Positions 60,901 through 64,000 of a stretch of 64,000 nt of DNA are shown one piece after another (the first letter of the stretch is position 1; each line of letters opens with the position of its first letter). Under the pieces are notes generated by a model, which was not told where the DNA came from, made no database searches, and saw nothing but the letters and a program-made list of their open reading frames with translations. Made by a program: the position numbers and the translations under genes. The DNA is from Burkholderiales bacterium (GTDB lineage Bacteria > Pseudomonadota > Gammaproteobacteria > Burkholderiales > JBILQJ01): contig JBILQJ010000005.1 in assembly GCA_044373325.1 (NCBI GenBank), positions 656 through 64,655 of the forward strand. The letters are read 5' to 3'.

Positions 60901-63900
60901 TGAGCCTGACGCATTGATATTTAGTGGGGGCGATATGGTGATGGGCGGGGCTTTGGATGAGTCACATCATGCCACGGGGCAAGCGACCGAGGTGAACAAT
61001 CGCGGGGCTCGGATAGAAGCAATGGGCAATTTGACGATAGGTGCAACTACAATCAACAACACCAACTCTAATTTTACGACAGAGCAGGTGACGGTAGTAG
61101 AGCACATTTCTGAATATGTCACAGCCGATGGGCAACGTTACGCCATCGGTGCAGAGGGTGTATTTTTGGTTAAAAATCTGGTGGGTTATGAGAAAAATTT
61201 CGTCTATGGTGGCGGCGGAGATAATGGTAATGATGGCACTGATCATTACACTGCTGACGAGTTGAAGTTAGTCGTCGGGGGGGAATTTGTCCCGAATTCG
61301 ATTGACGGAATTTTCCCATCTGCTCCCCCATTTGATGGTAATTTTTTCCTAGATGGTAGTGGTCATTACATAGCGAAAGGGGAACTCGTTGGTGGGACTG
61401 CTTATGAGGTTTGGCAAGCAACTGAATTGACGCGAACTGTGACAGAAACCCAAATTAAAACGTCACAAGCAGGTCAAATTCTGTCGGGTGGTCACATGAC
61501 TTTGACGGGAAGAACTTTAAATAATCTACAAAGTGAAGTCATTGCAGGGGGACGGTTGACTGCCAACATCAGTTTGAATAATGAAGAAGCTGAAGGCGTT
61601 CGGACAATCAAAGAAGTGGGTAAGTTGACTTCTAGCAAAAAGGGTGGGGACAGAGATAATAGTTTTTTTTGTAACTCGAATATATTAGGGTGTACGTCAG
61701 GATCAATTTCTACAACAAGTGACGTCGATTATCTAGTCCCCTTGAATCAAGAGGGAAATACTTACAAGACTTACGACAATGTGACGGTCACCGCGAAGAC
61801 GGTGGACTCGAGCATTCCAGATCCTAACTTCACGTTAACCGCTTCACGTTACGAGGAAAATGCTGCTGGAAAGGTAAAAAATATAGATATTGATGTCGTA
61901 AAAGTGGTGAGTAAAGACGCTGCTAATGGGACAGGGGAGGTACAAGCTGCGATTTATCAAGGGGACGTTGAGACGCGTAAGTCTGAGTCTACTGTGCTCA
62001 GTGCGAAAAAAAGCGAGAGCCTCACTAACGTGGGCAGTGATCTCGCGGATGAAGTGTCTCAAGATTCGAGCCCAACCGTGATACCCTCAACCGAAATACC
62101 AAACGGCGGAGCTCAGTCTATCGATTTGAGTCGATTGGCGGCATCGGGAGCCGAGTCGGTGATACGCACAACGACGCTGGCATATCGTTTGCCTAACAAT
62201 GTACTCTATGGCCGCCCCTCCAACCCAGGCGCGGGTTATTTGGTGGAAACCGACCCTCAGTATGCGAATTACCGCAACTGGTTGAGTTCGGATTATTTGC
62301 TGAACGCGTTAAAATACGACCCTGCGCTGACGCAAAAACGTCTAGGTGATGGATTTTATGAACAAAAATTGATTAACGATCAGGTTTTGCAATTGACGGG
62401 ACGGCGCTTTTTGGACGGTTACCAATCGGACGAAGATCAATACCAAGCCTTAATGCAAAGCGGTGTCGCCTTTGCCGAAGCTTATCAATTGGTGCCGGGG
62501 GTGGCGCTGTCGGCGGCGCAAATGGCGCAGTTGACGCACGACATTGTTTGGTTGGTCGAAAAAACCATCACCTTGGCTGATGGCAGCACGGTACAGGCTT
62601 TGGTGCCACAGCTTTACGTGCATGTTCAGCCAGGCGAATTAAGTACTGGAGGGGCGTTGGTGTCGGGCAATCAAGTCATCATCAACGCATCGGGCAATGT
62701 CAACAATTACGGCACAATTGCGGGTCGCGAGTTGGTGTTGTTGACGGCAGACAACATCAACAACGTGGGCGGGCGTGTGACTGCGGCCAACGTTGGCCTC
62801 ACGGCGCGCACCGATGTGAACAATTTGGGTGGTCAGATTTCGGCCACTGATGTGTTGCAAATCAAAGCAGGACGGGATGTGAATGTGGTGACAACGACCA
62901 GCACACAAACGTCTACTCTGGGTAGCAATACCCAAGTTAACCGAGTGGCGGGGCTTTACGTGTCGGGCAATGCGGGACAAATACTGGTATCGGCGGGGAA
63001 TAACGTGAATTTGGTGGCTGCGGTGGTGGCCAATCAAGGCATAGGCAACACAGTCATCAGCGCAGGCAATAACGTCAATTTGAGCACGGTCACCGAAAGC
63101 CAGCAACAAAACGTGGTCTTTCGGGGACGCGGCGTTATTGAACAGTACAGCATGAACCTCAGTTCGGAAGTTGGCAGCGCGGTCATCGGCAACGGCAATG
63201 TATCGATTTCTGCAGGCAACGACATCAACGCCCGTGCGGCCAACGTTGGGGCAGGTGGTCAAATTCTTTTAGACGCAGGGCGCGACGTGAATTTAACGAC
63301 GGGCGTAGCGAGTTCAAGCAGCAGCAGCGCTTTAACCAGCGCAGGCAGCTACCGCACGAATCAAGAAATTCAGCATCAAGATATCGGCAGCAACCTTCAG
63401 GCGGGCAGCCACATTGTGATTAACGCAGGCAACGACATCAACGCCCGTGCCGCCAACATCGGGGCTGGTGGTCAAATTCGCTTAGACGCAGGACACGACG
63501 TGAATTTAACGACGGGTGTAGCGAGTTCAAGCAGCAGTAGCGCTTCAACCAGCAAAAATAATCGCCGCACGACTCAAGACATTCAGCGTCAAGACATCGG
63601 CAGCAACCTTCAGGCGGGCAGCCACATTGTCATCAAGGCAGGTAATGACGTGAACGCCAAAGCCGCAACGGTGTCCAGCGAGACTGGCATCGTGCTGGTA
63701 GACGCAAAGCGCGACATTAACATCATGGCAGGCGAGGCTTATGCCAGCTCGGCCAGCACGTCCAGCAGCACCAAAAAAGGCTTTTTGTCCAAAAAAACCA
63801 CGACGACAAGTGACTTTGTGAGCGACACCCAAGCGCTGGGCAGCACGTTCGATGGCAACCTCGTCAGCATGAAGGCAGGCAACGACTTGACGATAGTCGG

Positions 63901-64000
63901 CAGTAACGTCATCAGTGACAACGGCACGTTTTTGTCCGCAACCAATAATTTATCGATATTGGCGGCGACCAACACGCACAGCGAAAGCCATTTTAGCGAA
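54908..64000 (+). CDS. TpsA filamentous hemagglutinin / CdiA-like exoprotein, >3030 aa, 3' truncated (not in ORF track)
   Basis: ESPR signal MNKQRFRLVFNK; TPS domain NPAGISCDGCGFINA; FHA-1 repeats; YLVETDPQY...RLGDGFYEQKL block; FHA-2 repeats; start and final codons share a frame and the track reports no stop in it. Confidence 0.92.
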   Translation, partial: MNKQRFRLVFNKVRSVLMAVAEITVSCVGKAAGETRGLLGKGFGAVSAAAKVVGIFGAGGFAAFRPVTAFVWVALGLAVVSGGAAQAQPAQIQSAPTSLVKALPISWSASATAAQQGLVKQGLMSKGVPPGIWGERLKTLPQRARDGAPAGVKRQNWPLNGQSLNVNGQPVYGQAMKGQLPILPVFSGDKGDKGDGVRHLIKSGFQLLWPWTDADKQGGSAADQEGDSNASNGSNASNGNISPSQAAGATRASSAGQVIADPNAPKNQRATVLEAGNGVPVINIQTPSAAGVSRNVYGVFDVTAEGVILNNSRTNTPTVLGGWVQGNPWLGLGSARVILNEVNSTNPSLLNGYIEVAGQRAEVIIANPAGISCDGCGFINASRATLTTGTPLLDAGRISGYRVVDGVIQISGQGLDSRGVDFTDVLARRIAVDGAVSAERLTLIAGVNDIELTQESGVLPAVSSSAQAAAKLVSESLPEAERWGIDSTALGGMTAGQITLVATEAGVGVRHAGTMYAGVGEVRITANGDLVNAGSINGGAVALSASNRLQNSGKVYAEGDLAVQAQFIENSSKTDKSNAVFAARGSASLTAGGSVTSSGLLAAGLQADGTVQGADLVVSAGEAITATGQNLSGNSQRWDAPSVSLANSTTQAPSVTVTASAGDVDASGATLSATTLSLNSAQTLRTDGASVSAETLNLQAKILSNVGGSLTQTGDGDMALVATDKLDNTNGLIATNAANLAIQTQQLINQSNGLNAEGEPNTAQIQHAGTGTFSLAATVLDGQNGELISNGALNLQGDVVNMDGASTSAKSLNIKTKTLSNVGGRLIQTGDGDQTLVASDKLDNTNGLIATNAANFRLETQQLINQSNGLNAEGEPNTAQIQHAGTGAFDLAATVLDGQNGELISNGALNLQGDVVNLDGANTSAKLLNIHTKTLSNVGGSLIQTGDGDMSLVATDKLDNTNGLIATNAANLAIQTQQLINQSKGLNAENEPNTAQIQHAGTGAFNLAATVLEGQNGELISNGALNLRGDFVNFDGASTSAKSLNINSKTLSNVGGSLIQTGDGDMALVATDQLDNTNGLIATNAANLAIQTQQLINQSNGLNAENEPNTAQIQHAGTGEFTLAAKLLEGQNGSIISNGALNLQGDVVNLDGANTSAKSLNIHTKTLSNVGGQLIQTGDGDQSLVATDKLDNTNGLIATNAANLAIQTQQLINQSNGLNSEGEANTAQIQHAGTGSFTLAATVLDGQNGSIVSNGALNLQGDVVNLDGASTSAKLLNINTKTLSNVGGQLIQTGDGDQSLVATDKLDNTNGLIATNAANLAIQTQQLINQSSGLNAENEPNTAQIQHAGTGEFTLVANDLEGQNGDIISNGALNLQGEVVNLDGANTSAKGLNINSKTLSNVGGSLIQTGTEAGSITVAEGLNNAQGVLVSNGDLALAVGSLDNADGTIQAGGLLAQGEGEEPIELLGNLTLTATGLVNNAGGSVSAQGEVTLKAGVLNNTTEGRLSAKEALTVTVATLDNTDGQLVAGSDLTVQADAVNNTRGVLAAVTGSATINVQTRLNNSAGRVEAGQALNLNSLGLTNIDGVVTAQTVNINSQLQAIDNTRGQLTATDLAIRSGEFLNDAGLVYGVSTLVLNTNEQRLTNKNSGETGGLIGLGSVNLTTGIFDNQTGYVSANALNLNSREVLNTQGVLVSFGDLAIQTGDMNNVGGQLQGLGNVTLGVTGMLNNTGGVLRAGGGLTATAANLLNTNTNGENQGIEGQNVTLTSDFVDNQAGAIRANTNVSVLSNGTVNNTSGLMSAGEALRIANAPDLRLGYGLNLINTSGTLVAGGEQGGSVTVNSASLSGDGRIMSSGLVSVTVQSDFTNTGTLSAAEVSVQSSGTLTNEGVIYGDNRVDLTAAIININDNAAYSIESSGILSLHASDRVNNSGTLNASEMWIETSTLNNTGKIYGDHVAISAGTLNNSAVMGLENGIVTRLGAVIAARNRLDIAANVLNNEPDALIFSGGDMVMGGALDESHHATGQATEVNNRGARIEAMGNLTIGATTINNTNSNFTTEQVTVVEHISEYVTADGQRYAIGAEGVFLVKNLVGYEKNFVYGGGGDNGNDGTDHYTADELKLVVGGEFVPNSIDGIFPSAPPFDGNFFLDGSGHYIAKGELVGGTAYEVWQATELTRTVTETQIKTSQAGQILSGGHMTLTGRTLNNLQSEVIAGGRLTANISLNNEEAEGVRTIKEVGKLTSSKKGGDRDNSFFCNSNILGCTSGSISTTSDVDYLVPLNQEGNTYKTYDNVTVTAKTVDSSIPDPNFTLTASRYEENAAGKVKNIDIDVVKVVSKDAANGTGEVQAAIYQGDVETRKSESTVLSAKKSESLTNVGSDLADEVSQDSSPTVIPSTEIPNGGAQSIDLSRLAASGAESVIRTTTLAYRLPNNVLYGRPSNPGAGYLVETDPQYANYRNWLSSDYLLNALKYDPALTQKRLGDGFYEQKLINDQVLQLTGRRFLDGYQSDEDQYQALMQSGVAFAEAYQLVPGVALSAAQMAQLTHDIVWLVEKTITLADGSTVQALVPQLYVHVQPGELSTGGALVSGNQVIINASGNVNNYGTIAGRELVLLTADNINNVGGRVTAANVGLTARTDVNNLGGQISATDVLQIKAGRDVNVVTTTSTQTSTLGSNTQVNRVAGLYVSGNAGQILVSAGNNVNLVAAVVANQGIGNTVISAGNNVNLSTVTESQQQNVVFRGRGVIEQYSMNLSSEVGSAVIGNGNVSISAGNDINARAANVGAGGQILLDAGRDVNLTTGVASSSSSSALTSAGSYRTNQEIQHQDIGSNLQAGSHIVINAGNDINARAANIGAGGQIRLDAGHDVNLTTGVASSSSSSASTSKNNRRTTQDIQRQDIGSNLQAGSHIVIKAGNDVNAKAATVSSETGIVLVDAKRDINIMAGEAYASSASTSSSTKKGFLSKKTTTTSDFVSDTQALGSTFDGNLVSMKAGNDLTIVGSNVISDNGTFLSATNNLSILAATNTHSESHFSE
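55588..55623 (+). repeat. 18-bp tandem repeat (SNASNG x2)
   Basis: TTCAAACGCTTCAAATGG x2. Confidence 0.8.
57005..59138 (+). repeat. About six tandem 348-bp (116-aa) repeats within tpsA
   Basis: TCCAACGTGGG recurs at 57017, 57365, 57713, 58061, 58409, 58757, 59105. Confidence 0.95.
63212..63660 (+). repeat. 213-bp (71-aa) tandem duplication in the FHA-2 region
   Basis: GCAGGCAACGACATCAACGCCCGTGC at 63212 and 63425; related start at 63638. Confidence 0.9.

Larger units (their letters stand above)
1027..63244. repeat. Dispersed motif TTGCGGCCAACCTTTT (candidate DNA uptake sequence)
   Basis: About 30 plus-strand and about 21 minus-strand exact TGCGGCCAAC hits by manual count, both intergenic and coding. 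Confidence 0.92.

Noticed and set aside
1027-63244. Motif as a Chi/KOPS-like polar site or a HIP1-like palindrome
   Set aside because: It occurs in both orientations within single genes (for example smc), forms terminator pairs, and is not palindromic.
54892-63975. Many minus-strand ORFs (for example repeated MINCCVCIAR...)
   Set aside because: Antisense shadows of the plus-strand TpsA repeats.
1-64000. tRNA/rRNA genes, IS elements, prophage or defence systems
   Set aside because: None were recognised in the sequence or the ORF track.

Overview
Bacterial chromosomal core region; AlaS, AspS, GltX and DnaA sequences resemble Neisseriaceae (Betaproteobacteria). It holds about 50 mostly housekeeping genes: alaS, gltX, aspS, cysS, dnaN-dnaA-rpmH-rnpA-yidD-yidC, smc, ssb, greA, lpd, dapF, purE, ettA and a nagA-nagF-nagE PTS cluster. 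It ends in a two-partner secretion locus: cdiB plus a >3000-aa CdiA/FHA-like ORF that runs off the window and is absent from the ORF track. The main unexplained signal is a non-palindromic motif, TTGCGGCCAACCTTTT. By manual count its 10-mer core TGCGGCCAAC occurs about 50 times, on both strands. It appears as 12 inverted pairs at gene ends and as single copies inside coding sequences in several frames. This is the distribution typical of a DNA uptake sequence. It is not one of the CTG-core Neisseriaceae DUS dialects that I know; its GCGG core and phased T/A tracts resemble the Pasteurellaceae USS. All calls come from reading the sequence; no searches were run.
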